NCBI GenBank assembly: GCA_964486045.1
Contig: CAZALK010000012.1
Span: 1-64,000 of the forward strand
Length of the DNA: 64,000 nucleotides
Source: an uncultured archaeon
GTDB taxonomy: Archaea; Asgardarchaeota; Lokiarchaeia; Sigyniarchaeales; SOKP01
Direction of reading: 5' to 3'
Shown here: positions 39,887 to 50,716 of the stretch, piece after piece
Layout: each line of letters opens with the position of its first letter
How positions within the stretch are numbered: the first letter of the stretch is position 1
Notes under the pieces: model-generated
The model's input: the letters and a program-made list of their open reading frames with translations, nothing else
Databases searched by the model: none
What the model was told of the DNA's origin: nothing
Made by a program: the position numbers and the translations under genes

Positions 39887-40262
39887 TTTTATATTTTTGT
39901 CTGTTTTCAATACTGTTTTAAAACAAGTATTTAAACTACAAACTTGGGAAGAGTAGGTAATTAACACATAGAAATGACATTTTTGATTCAATAGAACTCT
40001 CTGAAAAATAAGTTAGCTTTATTTTTCATTTAAAAATAATCAACACTAGTATATGTAAAAATATTATAGAATCCGAGAAATAATGAAAATGTCATTTCAA
40101 ATATTTAAACTGCTAAAATGAGAGAAAAAACCTAATGATGATGTGAATTGAAGAAGATTTTGTTTAAAAAGATATATCCACAAACAAGCTAAACAATAAT
40201 TAAAATTTAGGAATTTAATTTTCTTTAAATACCTCTATTTTAAATTTGCATAAAAAAAAGTT

Positions 40263-40667
40263 GTGAAACTTATGAAGGAAGAAGTATATGAGAAAATAAA
40301 AGATGATCTCCCAGAACAGTTAAGGCAAGATATAAAGAAATACGGATTAGAAAATTTTGATTTTGAGATATTAGACTCCGCTTCTAGCAAGGAAGAGCTA
40401 GATAGAAAACAAAAAGAGTATATTAAGAAATACAATTCACTTGAGCCCCAGGGATACAATTTACCTGAAGAAAAAAAAAAGTATGAAGATATGAGCATTG
40501 ATGAAATTATTGAATTGCTCGTAGAAGTTAGAGTAGATTTGGATTTATTAAAAAAATCAATCACCTCAAAAGAAATAATAGAACAGCTAAAATGGGCAAT
40601 GAATGGAATTGACATCGTTGGGTGCGAACTCTCTCAAAATATTGCTAAAAAACTAAAAGGAAAGTAA
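40263..40667 (+). CDS. Truncated GIY-YIG-derived protein (C-terminal half of the domain only) + helical tail
   Basis: DIKKYGLENFDFEILD.ASSKEELDRKQKEYIKKYNSLEPQGYNL aligns with the neighbouring GIY-YIG protein; lacks the GIY/YIG strands. Confidence 0.7.
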   Translation: MKLMKEEVYEKIKDDLPEQLRQDIKKYGLENFDFEILDSASSKEELDRKQKEYIKKYNSLEPQGYNLPEEKKKYEDMSIDEIIELLVEVRVDLDLLKKSITSKEIIEQLKWAMNGIDIVGCELSQNIAKKLKGK

Positions 40668-40824
40668 ATTTTTTATATTTTTTTTTTGAGAAATTTCTCA
40701 TTTGGTATAATTTACGAAATTCGAGAAAATAAAGTAGAACTCTTCATGGATCTAATCCAGATTTGCACTAAACGAAAAGATAAAAAAGAAAAATAAAAAA
40801 GTTTTGATAATATTTACATAATGC

Positions 40825-42534
40825 TTACATCATTCCCGGCATACCACCCATTCCACCTGGTGGCATACCGCCCATACCTCCCATCCCACCAGGGCCACCA
40901 GGGCCACCAGGGCCACCAGGGCCACCCATTCCAGGTGGAGGTCCAGCACTTCGTGCAGATGCAATTACGTCATCTATACGAAGAATCATTGAGGTTGCTT
41001 CGGTAGAGCTTTTAATAGCTTGAACTTTTACTGCAGTTGGTTCAACAACACCAACGGACATCATATCATTAATGACATCTCCAGTATCTAAATCAGTTCC
41101 AGCGAATTTATTGCCTTGTTGATGCGCAGCTCTCAGTTTCATGAGGGTATCAATTTGGTCTAATCCTGCATTTTCAGCTAAAGTTTTCGGGATGATATCA
41201 AGCGAGTCAGCAAAAATCTCTACAGCGAGTTGTTCACGACCCCCTAATGTAGAGGCATATTCTCGTAATTGAATCGCAGTCTCGATTTCTGGAGCCCCGC
41301 CACCGCCAACAATTTTTTGGTCTTCAACAACGTCTCTAACAACGCAAAGACCATCATGAATTGCCCTCTCCGCTTCATCTATGACAAGATCAGTACCGCC
41401 TCTTATAAGAATTACAACTGATTTTGGATCTTTACATTCTTCGATAAAAATCCAACTATCGTTCATAATTTTGCGTTCTTCTACTAAACCAGCAAATCCA
41501 AGTTTATCTTCAGTGATATCTTCGAGACCTGTAAAGATCCCTCCACCAGTAGCTTTCGCGAGTTTTTCGATGTCAGATTTTTTAACTCGTCGAATCGCCA
41601 TAATTCCTGCTCTTGAAATGAAATGTTGAGCAAGATCATCAATTCCTTTTTGGCATATGACCACGTTTGCTCCAGAATTTTTAATTTTCTCGACCATTGT
41701 TCTGATCATTTTTTCTTCTTCGTCGAGAAACTCTTGAATTTGCTCGGGTCTTGTAATTTGAAGTTTAGTATCAAATTCGGTTTTTTCAATTTCAATTGCG
41801 CTCTGTAAGAGTAAGATTTTAGCATTGTTGATAATTTTTGGCATACCTGGGCTTACAACTTCTTTATCTAGGATAATGCCTTTAATTAGTTTTGTATCGT
41901 CTATAGATTCTCCAGCTTTTTTCTGGATTTGAACCTTATCGATATCTGCTACCCAATTTCCCTCATCATTTTTTTCAGCAACAGCTTTAATTGCATCCAT
42001 ACATATAACAGCTAGACTCTCTTTTGATTCTGAAACGATTTTACTGGACATGCAAGTCATTGCACTATTTTTTAGACCTTCTTCATCATCGATGCCACTT
42101 TTAACTGACATTTTTTCAAGGATATCAATTGCTTTATCTGCAGCTTTACGAAAACCTTCAGTAATAACTGTTGGATGGATTTTTTGTTCAATCAATTTTT
42201 TCGCTCGTTTTAAAAGCTCACCTGCGAGAACAACTGAAGTTGTGGTACCATCTCCCACTTCAGAGTCTTGGGTTTTAGCGACTTCTACCATCATCTTAGC
42301 TGCAGGATGTTGTACGTCTATTTCTTTTAGAATAGTTGCTCCGTCGTTGGTTATGACAACATCACCAAACTGGTCTACAAGCATTTTATCCATGCCACGG
42401 GGACCTAATGAAGTCCTGACTGCTTCTGCGATAACGATTGCCGCAGCAATGTTATTCGACATTGCGTCTCTTCCCCTTGTTCTCTCAGTGCCTTCGCGCA
42501 TTATTAATACGGGTGTTCCGCCTAATTGTGCCAT
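40825..42534 (-). CDS. ths: Thermosome (group II chaperonin) subunit
   Basis: SLGPRGMDKML, TNDGATIL, GDGTTT, GGGAPE; GGM/GGP-rich tail (9-bp ccaccaggg x4 at 40886-40921). Confidence 0.98.
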   Translation of the reverse strand: MAQLGGTPVLIMREGTERTRGRDAMSNNIAAAIVIAEAVRTSLGPRGMDKMLVDQFGDVVITNDGATILKEIDVQHPAAKMMVEVAKTQDSEVGDGTTTSVVLAGELLKRAKKLIEQKIHPTVITEGFRKAADKAIDILEKMSVKSGIDDEEGLKNSAMTCMSSKIVSESKESLAVICMDAIKAVAEKNDEGNWVADIDKVQIQKKAGESIDDTKLIKGIILDKEVVSPGMPKIINNAKILLLQSAIEIEKTEFDTKLQITRPEQIQEFLDEEEKMIRTMVEKIKNSGANVVICQKGIDDLAQHFISRAGIMAIRRVKKSDIEKLAKATGGGIFTGLEDITEDKLGFAGLVEERKIMNDSWIFIEECKDPKSVVILIRGGTDLVIDEAERAIHDGLCVVRDVVEDQKIVGGGGAPEIETAIQLREYASTLGGREQLAVEIFADSLDIIPKTLAENAGLDQIDTLMKLRAAHQQGNKFAGTDLDTGDVINDMMSVGVVEPTAVKVQAIKSSTEATSMILRIDDVIASARSAGPPPGMGGPGGPGGPGGPGGMGGMGGMPPGGMGGMPGMM

Positions 42535-42749
42535 TTTTTTTCACTTTTAGTTAATTTAATTATTGAGTAAATTTTTTGATAACTATTTTATTTATATAGA
42601 TCTCTAAGTCATAAAATTAAAAAAGTTTACGAATTTACATGAAAGATATTATGATTTAATAAATACCAGTAGAGATATAATAAAAATAACCCAAAAAATG
42701 GGAATTCTTTAACTATAGGCCAAGAATTAGGTAAGATTTAATGGTTGTT

Positions 42750-42911
42750 TTATTTAGTAAGTTCTTTTTTCTTAGGTCTTAGATCCTTACTATGGCATCT
42801 TCTACATTTCTTAGCTTTAGGAGGGTTTAAGGACCCACATTTACGGCACACACTTTTCTCCAATAAATGGTATCGGGCAATTCTTCGTTTCACTGGATCG
42901 TCAATCGGCAT
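42750..42911 (-). CDS. rpl40e: 50S ribosomal protein eL40 (not in the ORF track)
   Basis: 53 aa [53 protein letters not shown]; CxxC...CRRC...LRPKK zinc-finger signature. Confidence 0.95.
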   Translation of the reverse strand: MPIDDPVKRRIARYHLLEKSVCRKCGSLNPPKAKKCRRCHSKDLRPKKKELTK

Positions 42912-43103
42912 TTTTTCTCAGTTTTACTTTTCTTTTAGCTCCTTAGGATCTAATGTAGAATAAATCACTATAAGGGTGATTTCAAAAAGGTGTGATTCAA
43001 AATAAAATTTTTGATTAAAATTAAGTGAAATATAATAAAATTAAAATTTTATGATGAATAGATCTATTTAATAATTACATAATGAATGCTTAGATGAATT
43101 ATT

Positions 43104-43298
43104 GTGCCTAGGGAAATATTTGATGAAGAGAAGTTTATCGAGTTAGCAGAATATGCGGTCCATTGTCGTGTTAAGCGTTTAAGAGACGTAGTAAAGCTAA
43201 AGTTAAGAACTAAAAAATTTCTTTACACTTATAAAGCTGATCCTGCTACTGCAGAAAGAATTTTGAGAAATATTACCTGTGATGTAATAGAATTATAG
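43104..43298 (+). CDS. rpl38e: 50S ribosomal protein eL38
   Basis: MPREI.D..KF......VKLKLRTKKFLYT matches eL38. Confidence 0.9.
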   Translation: MPREIFDEEKFIELAEYAVHCRVKRLRDVVKLKLRTKKFLYTYKADPATAERILRNITCDVIEL

Positions 43299-43482
43299 GT
43301 ATCGAGTATTTTAGGTCAACTAATTTGAATCCTTAGTTTTTATCAAAACACGATCTATTAATATACTTTTAAACTATTAATGAAAAGTATAATTATAAAT
43401 TTTGAAATTTCATTAATTAATAAAGCTGTATTCAATTATTTTGAATAGAAACTTTTGAATTTAACTAACTATCCGAAATAAG

Positions 43483-44403
43483 ATGATCCAATCATTATAC
43501 ATTTTTCAGAGTAATTCTAAGAATTTACTCTACAATAAAAAATTTCAAAGCGACGAAAAATTAGAGATGTTTAGTTCTTTTTTCTCTGCTCTTCAAACTT
43601 TTGTATCTGAATTAACAGCAAGTAACACGGAATCATTAAGTACAATTGAGTTGGGGGAATTTTTTGTTCTTATTTCAAGAATTTCAGAAGCTTCATCTGA
43701 TCTGGTAATAATAATTGACCGGGAAGATATAAAAGAAGCTGAGAAAATGATCCCAATGATAATTGAGACTATAATAAGTCATATTGATTTGTTTATAAAC
43801 TGGGATGGTGATCCAGAAAAGCTTGAAATGTTTGATCTAAAAATCATACAATTAATTTTATCTAATAAAAAATTAATTTCTGAATCATCTTTAACAGCTA
43901 ATCAGAGTTCTATTCTGAAATCAATTTGGGACCAAAAAGGTGCTTTATCTGAGCAGATAAGAGAGAATTTATTGACAGAAAGAGAGAATTTAATTAATGA
44001 GTATTTAGGAGAGGAAAACTATCTCAAAAAATATGGGATATCTAAGAAATTAATAGAAATCTCAGAAAAACTTCATGATGATGAGAAATTTATCGAATAT
44101 CAAACTGAGGCAAAATCTCTAAGAGATGAAATAAGGGATCGAAAACTTAGGTTACAATACTATTTAGATAGAGTTATTGAGTCTATTTCCTATTCGAAAT
44201 TTGCAGAAACATATTCATACCTCTATTCATTTTGCTTAAAACTTAAAAATTTTACTGAGTCTGAGATAATTGAAAAATATAAATCGCTTGCTAAAACAAT
44301 TTTGAATAGAAAAAAAGTATCTAAACAAGAATTTAGAGACGCAATAAAAGAGGCGTCTATGATTGAAGATGAAATTAACAGATATCTGACTTTAGATGCA
44401 TAA
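43483..44403 (+). CDS. Longin-like domain protein with a helical C-terminus
   Basis: N-terminal MIQSLYIF...LLY..F....FSSFFSALQTFVSEL...LSTIEL pattern typical of Asgard longin-like proteins. Confidence 0.6.
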   Translation: MIQSLYIFQSNSKNLLYNKKFQSDEKLEMFSSFFSALQTFVSELTASNTESLSTIELGEFFVLISRISEASSDLVIIIDREDIKEAEKMIPMIIETIISHIDLFINWDGDPEKLEMFDLKIIQLILSNKKLISESSLTANQSSILKSIWDQKGALSEQIRENLLTERENLINEYLGEENYLKKYGISKKLIEISEKLHDDEKFIEYQTEAKSLRDEIRDRKLRLQYYLDRVIESISYSKFAETYSYLYSFCLKLKNFTESEIIEKYKSLAKTILNRKKVSKQEFRDAIKEASMIEDEINRYLTLDA

Positions 44404-44597
44404 TACTTTTAATTTTTTCTGAATGTAAAACTTCTGGCACAATCTATTGGGTAAAATCTTTTTTATAAAAACAAGTTATGAATCTTTATCATAAAATTAA
44501 TTAAATATTTTTAATAGATATCAATTACATTAGACTCTACTAAAACTATTTGATGGAATAATTATAAAATTAATTCGTTCAATTTTGTAAAAATATT

Positions 44598-45110
44598 ATG
44601 AAGGTTCTTCCTGCTGATAAAACATGTATAAATTCGGGATTCTTATGTAATAACTGTCAGGCTAGACTTGATGCGGGAGAAATATCAGAATTCGAGATTG
44701 ACTTAGCTAAAGATCTTATTAAGCTAGAGGAGGGAAATGAAGAATTTGCCTTTTTAAAAGGTATATCATTCCATAAAGCGATAGATTTTGAAGACGTTGT
44801 AATAATTGTTGTAGGGAAGAGAGATAAACTAAGATTTACTCCAAGTCTAAAGAATTGGATAAAAGAAACGTATGAAATAGATGAAATACTGCTGGTCCAA
44901 AATACTAAAAAACCACGACCAGTTGTGGAAGCATTAATCAATCCATATAAGATAAAATCTTTGAATGAGATTTTTTTAGCTACTGGAGATGTTCAATTTA
45001 GAGCAGTTCTTTGGGAAGATGATAAAGATAATTTATTATTTACTAAGGAAGAACTTGAAGATTTGATACTCGAGCTAACAGGAAACATTACAAGAATTGA
45101 ATTTCAATAA
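44598..45110 (+). CDS. Archaeal NusA-like (KH, Zn-finger) protein
   Basis: CINSGFLCNNCQARLDAGEISEFE N-terminus; position just upstream of pth2-truD. Confidence 0.7.
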   Translation: MKVLPADKTCINSGFLCNNCQARLDAGEISEFEIDLAKDLIKLEEGNEEFAFLKGISFHKAIDFEDVVIIVVGKRDKLRFTPSLKNWIKETYEIDEILLVQNTKKPRPVVEALINPYKIKSLNEIFLATGDVQFRAVLWEDDKDNLLFTKEELEDLILELTGNITRIEFQ

Positions 45111-45157
45111 TCAATAAGATTTAATTTACCTCTTTCTTAATATTAAATAGATTTACT

Positions 45158-45514
45158 GTGGAAGAATTCAAACAAGTTATTTTAATTAGAAAGGATTTAA
45201 GTATGGGCACTGGGAAGAAATGTGTTCAATCATGTCATGCAAGTGTTTCGGCTTCAGATTTAGTTCGAGTACAAAATAAAAATGCTTGGAAAATATGGAA
45301 GAATACTGGACAGAAGAAAGTAGTGATTAAATTAAAAGATATGGAAGAATTGATAGAAATAACAAGGAAATTAGAATCTAAAAATATCCTGTTTTTTATT
45401 GTAAAAGATGCCGGGCTTACTCAACTACCTCCTGGTACTACAACGGCTGTGGGTATTGGACCAGTAGAATCCGCAAAAATAGATAAAATTACAGGAAATC
45501 TTAAATTATTGTAA
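45158..45514 (+). CDS. pth2: Peptidyl-tRNA hydrolase Pth2
   Basis: [34 protein letters not shown]. Confidence 0.95.
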   Translation: MEEFKQVILIRKDLSMGTGKKCVQSCHASVSASDLVRVQNKNAWKIWKNTGQKKVVIKLKDMEELIEITRKLESKNILFFIVKDAGLTQLPPGTTTAVGIGPVESAKIDKITGNLKLL

Positions 45515-45538
45515 GATTAATAGCAAGGGACATAGAAA

Positions 45539-46924
45539 TTGCTCGATCGAGATACAGATCTTTATATTTTTAAAGAAAATAGTGAAAAAGAAGTAGAAGA
45601 ATTTGTAGGGATTCAAAATTACGCTACAGATGGGCTTGATGGAATTGGGGGAGTGTATAAAACTCATCTTAAAGATTTTATTGTGAAAGAAATTGTGGAA
45701 AATGGAAGAATTCTAGACATAAAAGAAGATTATCCGAACCCAAATTTTTCAGAAGAATTGAATGATAGATTTACTACATTTAATTTAACAAAAGTCAATA
45801 TGGATACATTTGAAGCTGTAAATAAAATTAGTAAATCTCTGAAAATCTCAAATAAGTCAATTTCTTATTCTGGTTTAAAGGATAAGCGATCAATTTCCGT
45901 TCAGAGAATCTCAATTAAGGGTAATTATATCGAAAAATTACGGAATCTAAAATTACATGATATTTTTATTAGAAATGTCAATCCCACAAGAAAACCAGCT
46001 AAATTGGGAAGCCACTTGGGTAATAATTTCACAGTAATAATTAGAAATATCAAAAATACAAAAAATTTGAGATCAAATTCTCAAAAAATCTTAAAATTTT
46101 TGAAAGATTACGGTTTTCCTAACTATTTCGGGCTTCAGAGGTTTGGTAATGTTAGGCCTAATTCACATATAGTTGGATATTTTCTCTTAAATCACGATTA
46201 TGAGAATGCCTTTATGCAGTATGTATTAAAAACTTATTCTACTGAACCTGATCAATCAAGGAAAGCTAGAAATTATTTGAAAAGTGGGGTAGATTTCAAG
46301 GAGGTGTTGAAAAAATTTCCAGCAGGGCTATATTATGAACGAAAGATGATTGAATTTTTAATAGACAATCCTGGAGATTATCGTGGTGCCATATATACCT
46401 TATCCCATGATTTAAGGAGATTATTAATTAGTTCATTCCAATCATACATCTTTAATAAAATGCTCTCAACTCGAATACAAAAAGGTATATCTCTATTTAA
46501 ACCAATCTCGGGGGATGTTATTAATATTCTAGATGATTTTAATGGAAATAAATCATCGGTTACCTATATTTATGGTGGTTCATATGATAAATATCTGGAA
46601 CAAGCGCTTGAACTGAATCGAGCATCTATAGTTATACCGATTATTGGTAAGTTTACTAATTTAGATGAGTTTCCTTTGATGAGTGCAATTTTTAAAGAAA
46701 TAGCCAAGAAAGAAAAGATTAAGGATAATATTTTTAAATCGGGATTTGTAAATGAAGACGAATTTAAAGGTTCGATTAGGGCAATAACAGCTAAACCTCA
46801 GGATTTAGAAATGATAGAATTAACTGAGGATGATTTAAACAATGATGGGATGAAGATTAAAATTGAGTTTTCGCTTCAAAAAGGAAGTTATGCTACAATG
46901 TTAATTCGAGAATTGATCAAATAA
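45539..46924 (+). CDS. truD: tRNA pseudouridine(13) synthase TruD
   Basis: DFIVKE, GLKDKRS, GNNF, PNYFGLQRFG, FSLQKGSYATMLIRE. Confidence 0.95.
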   Translation: MLDRDTDLYIFKENSEKEVEEFVGIQNYATDGLDGIGGVYKTHLKDFIVKEIVENGRILDIKEDYPNPNFSEELNDRFTTFNLTKVNMDTFEAVNKISKSLKISNKSISYSGLKDKRSISVQRISIKGNYIEKLRNLKLHDIFIRNVNPTRKPAKLGSHLGNNFTVIIRNIKNTKNLRSNSQKILKFLKDYGFPNYFGLQRFGNVRPNSHIVGYFLLNHDYENAFMQYVLKTYSTEPDQSRKARNYLKSGVDFKEVLKKFPAGLYYERKMIEFLIDNPGDYRGAIYTLSHDLRRLLISSFQSYIFNKMLSTRIQKGISLFKPISGDVINILDDFNGNKSSVTYIYGGSYDKYLEQALELNRASIVIPIIGKFTNLDEFPLMSAIFKEIAKKEKIKDNIFKSGFVNEDEFKGSIRAITAKPQDLEMIELTEDDLNNDGMKIKIEFSLQKGSYATMLIRELIK

Positions 46925-46926
46925 AA

Positions 46927-48354
46927 TTAAACCTTAATTTTACATGATTTTACTATCTGTGTTCCAAAAATGTCAATCATTTTGACTGACAAATTAAAAA
47001 TTCCTGGTTTTTGATATACGTGTGGTTCAGATGTTAACTTCAATCTCCTTTTCTTCGGAGTCCTAAAGGAAATCCACATATTAGTAAAATAACGATCTTT
47101 TCTATCATAATCAATAGCCCAATAGTCTATCCAATCTGAAAAAGTTATGATTTTTTCTTTTATTTTTAGAGGAGTAATTTTATTTTTAGGAACTACGTAG
47201 TTTGACAACTGAACAGTTACAACATTACCATCCTGTTGAATATCTAATATTAGGTTTGAAGACTTTTGATTCTGGTCTGAATTTCCATTCATTACAGAAA
47301 TCTGAAAAGAATGAGGATGTTTATTATATTCTTGTTTCCAATTCAATATATCATTACTTGCTTTTATATTAAGAACTCGCTTTTTGGACATGTGGATAGC
47401 TTGATAATTTGAATCACATCCCATCCATCGTCTACCAAGTTTTTCTGCAACTGATAAAGTTGTACCAGAACCGCAAAAGAAATCTGCTAAAAGATCTCCC
47501 TCATTAGTTGATGCTAAAATAATTCTCTTTAAAAGTCGTTCTGGTTTTTGAGTAGAAAAACCTTGATACTCATTGACATTTGCCCTAATATAAGGAATAT
47601 CATTCCAGACATCCCTTGGGAAAATTCCCTCATGTTTTATATAAACCTTCCGAGATAATTTTTTTCCATTATGGCTACCTCCTCGATAGTAGAATATTCC
47701 ATGCTCATCTTTTTTTAAAGCATTCTTTACTCGATTTGAGTACTCCATATATATATTTGGATCATCATTAAAAACAAAATCATCTGATTTAGTATAGAAA
47801 AGGATAGTATCATAGGATCTAATAAAAAATCGTCTAGTTTTAGCTGAAGCAGCGGGATAAGCCCATACTATCTCATTTCTGAAATTGTCAATGCCAAATA
47901 TTTCATCCATTATCAATTTTATGTAATGAGAGATATGCCAGTCTAAATGAACATAAATAGATCCATTAGTAGTTAGAAGTTTTTTCATTAGAACTAATCT
48001 TTCTTGTAAAAATCTTAAGTAAGAGTCTATTCCCTTTTCCCATTTATCTATATAGGCAATTTCATTAATAAATTCTCCATTTTCACCTATTTGAATCTTA
48101 AGGTTGAAGTCTCCACCAGTTGCAAAGGGAGGATCGATGTAAATAAGAGCTATTTTATCGTTAAATTTACTCAGTAGAGAACTCATTACAGCTTTATTTT
48201 CTCCCCAAATCAATAAATTTTTCCATTTTTCTTCTGAATTGAGGTCAGTTCTAATTGAAGGGAAAAGATCAAGAATATGGAATGGTTTTTTATCATATTT
48301 TTTTGAATAAATTTCTTCTTTTTCCACTTTTCCATTCCATTTCAAATTTACCAT
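46927..48354 (-). CDS. Orphan beta-class (Mod-like) adenine/N4-cytosine DNA methyltransferase
   Basis: YIDPPF precedes DFFCGSGTT; TQKPERLL; C-terminal DYWAID domain; likely start 48354. Confidence 0.9.
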   Translation of the reverse strand: MVNLKWNGKVEKEEIYSKKYDKKPFHILDLFPSIRTDLNSEEKWKNLLIWGENKAVMSSLLSKFNDKIALIYIDPPFATGGDFNLKIQIGENGEFINEIAYIDKWEKGIDSYLRFLQERLVLMKKLLTTNGSIYVHLDWHISHYIKLIMDEIFGIDNFRNEIVWAYPAASAKTRRFFIRSYDTILFYTKSDDFVFNDDPNIYMEYSNRVKNALKKDEHGIFYYRGGSHNGKKLSRKVYIKHEGIFPRDVWNDIPYIRANVNEYQGFSTQKPERLLKRIILASTNEGDLLADFFCGSGTTLSVAEKLGRRWMGCDSNYQAIHMSKKRVLNIKASNDILNWKQEYNKHPHSFQISVMNGNSDQNQKSSNLILDIQQDGNVVTVQLSNYVVPKNKITPLKIKEKIITFSDWIDYWAIDYDRKDRYFTNMWISFRTPKKRRLKLTSEPHVYQKPGIFNLSVKMIDIFGTQIVKSCKIKV

Positions 48355-48445
48355 AAATATAAGATAAGAAGGCAAAAATTTTATTTTTACTTTAACTATA
48401 AAAATTATATTTTTTTTTAAAAATAAGACAAGTTGATTCAAATTT

Positions 48446-49765
48446 ATGCTTAATGAATTAGGAGATTGGAGAAAGACTCATTTTACTAAGGATGTAACTG
48501 AAGAATTAGTTGGTGAAGTAGTTACATTAGGAGGTTGGGTTCGAAATTATAGAGATCTGGGAGGCTTAAAGTTTATCAGCCTTCAGGATATTTACGGAGA
48601 ACGTCAGATCACACTGAAAAAAGGTGTAGTTTCTGATGAAATATTTGAAACTACAAAAGTTGGATACCAATATTGTATTATGATACGAGGTAAAGTTGAG
48701 AAGTTTGAAAAGGCACCCGGTGGAATTGAAATCATCCCTTCAGAAATAAAAATTTTGAACAAAACTCCAGAAAAGCTTCCAATCGATATGACCGGTGAAA
48801 CAACTTCTGAGTTAGATTTAAGGTTAAATAATCGAGCGTTAGACTTGAGATCTGTAAGAAATCAAGCAGTTTTTTCAATTAGGGGAGAAATCTTAAAATC
48901 TACAAGAGATTTTTTGTTTAAACATGATTTTAAAGAGATCTACACTCCAAAAATAATTGGATCAGCAACAGAAGGAGGAACCGAACTTTTTCCAATAATG
49001 TATTTTGATAGAGAAGCATTTCTTACACAATCTGCGCAACTATATAAGGAGCAATTGAGCGGGGTATTTGAGAGGGTTTTTGAGATCGGTCCGAGTTTTC
49101 GAGCTGAAAAATCCCATACAAAAAGGCATCTATGTGAAATTGTTCAGTTAGATATTGAAATGGCATTCGTAACGATGGGTGACGTACTTAAATTATTAGA
49201 AGAACTTGTACATTATGTAATTACTATCATCAGAAAAAATCAATTCAATGCTATGAAGATCTTAAGAGTGGAAGAAAAAACAGTAATTCCTGAACTCCCT
49301 TTCCCGAGATATACCTATAGCGAGATCATTGATATTCTCAAATCAAAATGTAGGATTGATCTTGAATGGGGGGAAGATCTATCCACAGAAGCTAACCGAA
49401 AGCTTGGTGAAGAATTACCTGGATATTATTATATTACTCATTGGCCAATGATAATAAAACCTTTTTATATTATGCCATCAAAAGACCCAAAGTATAGCGA
49501 ATCCTTTGACTTACAAAAGGGATGGTTGGAACTAACTTCGGGAGGAACTAGAGTACATAATAAGAATCAGTTAACGGCAGCCATTGAGAGTAAGGGGTTA
49601 AACCCAATCTCATTTGAATCTCATCTTAAAACTTTTGATTATGGAATGCCCCCGCATGCAGGACTTGGTTTAGGAATAGCTCGTTGGTTAACAATATTAT
49701 GTGATCTAGATGATATTAGAGAAGCAGTCATGTATCCTCGAACACCTGAACGATTAACACCTTAG
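48446..49765 (+). CDS. aspS: Aspartate-tRNA ligase (archaeal type)
   Basis: N-terminal OB-fold; EGGTELF, QSAQLYK, FRAEKSHT.RHL, GMPPHAG.GLG. Confidence 0.97.
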   Translation: MLNELGDWRKTHFTKDVTEELVGEVVTLGGWVRNYRDLGGLKFISLQDIYGERQITLKKGVVSDEIFETTKVGYQYCIMIRGKVEKFEKAPGGIEIIPSEIKILNKTPEKLPIDMTGETTSELDLRLNNRALDLRSVRNQAVFSIRGEILKSTRDFLFKHDFKEIYTPKIIGSATEGGTELFPIMYFDREAFLTQSAQLYKEQLSGVFERVFEIGPSFRAEKSHTKRHLCEIVQLDIEMAFVTMGDVLKLLEELVHYVITIIRKNQFNAMKILRVEEKTVIPELPFPRYTYSEIIDILKSKCRIDLEWGEDLSTEANRKLGEELPGYYYITHWPMIIKPFYIMPSKDPKYSESFDLQKGWLELTSGGTRVHNKNQLTAAIESKGLNPISFESHLKTFDYGMPPHAGLGLGIARWLTILCDLDDIREAVMYPRTPERLTP

Positions 49766-49798
49766 TAAGATATTAATGATGTTGAAAACTATTTAAAA

Positions 49799-50716
49799 AT
49801 GAATGACTCAAATATTCAAGACTATATTAAAGCCGGAAAAGGAGTTATTGCTGCTAAAAAACTAGCAAAAAAGATTATTAAGCCAGGAGTAACTTTATTA
49901 GAAATTGCTAATAGATGCGAAGCAGAAGTCATCAAAAATGGGTGCGAATTATCATTTCCTATTAATTTATCATTAAATGAAATTGCTGCTCATTATAGTC
50001 CACCAATAGGAGATCGAACGATTGTTCCTGAAAATGGACTTTTAAAAATTGATATTGGCTCTCATTTTAATGGTTATATTGCGGATTCAGCTTTTACTAT
50101 TAATATTGATGAAGATCCGATCTTACAAAACTATGTTGATGCTGCAAAGGAAGCTCTTGATGCTGCTATAGAATTATTTACCCCCGGAATCAAATTATAC
50201 GAACTGGGAGAAAGAATTGCTCAAAAAATTATTAATCGTGGACTTAGGCCTATCACAAATCTTGGTGGTCATGAATTGAAGCAGTTTACTTTACATGCTG
50301 GACCTTTTATTCCAAATTATAAAGAGAGATTACATAATCAGTTATTAAAACCAGGAGATGCTTATGCGTGTGAACCATTTGCTACCTCTGGTGTTGGTAA
50401 AGTTGAAAATGGAAACATATCTTATATTTTCCGATTTGTAAGAAAAGTTAAGAGAAATGTGTCCTATGAGCATCAAGGATATATGAATAAAATTCAAAAA
50501 AATTTTGGTAATCTCCCCTTTTCTCCACGCTGGATAAATAATAACAAGATTATACCAAATGATAAAATCACTAGAACGATTGAATCATTTATTGGAAAGA
50601 AAATTTTGGATAAATATCCTATCTTACTAGAAAGAGCTAGAGAACCTGTAGCTCAAGAAGAACATACAATTATATTGGATAAAGATGGAAATAAAATTGT
50701 CACTACTAAAGAGTAA
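49799..50716 (+). CDS. map: Methionine aminopeptidase type II
   Basis: FP.NLS.NEIAAHY, KIDIG.H..GYIADSA, NLGGH, EPFAT, AQEEHT. Confidence 0.95.
   Translation: MNDSNIQDYIKAGKGVIAAKKLAKKIIKPGVTLLEIANRCEAEVIKNGCELSFPINLSLNEIAAHYSPPIGDRTIVPENGLLKIDIGSHFNGYIADSAFTINIDEDPILQNYVDAAKEALDAAIELFTPGIKLYELGERIAQKIINRGLRPITNLGGHELKQFTLHAGPFIPNYKERLHNQLLKPGDAYACEPFATSGVGKVENGNISYIFRFVRKVKRNVSYEHQGYMNKIQKNFGNLPFSPRWINNNKIIPNDKITRTIESFIGKKILDKYPILLERAREPVAQEEHTIILDKDGNKIVTTKE

Noticed and set aside
6799-40667. Provirus or classical integrative element
   Set aside because: No capsid, terminase, integrase, transposase or tRNA-linked att site recognised; kept only as an inferred island
42745-42963. 72-aa plus-strand ORF
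   Set aside because: Antisense to the real rpl40e gene (42750-42911, minus)
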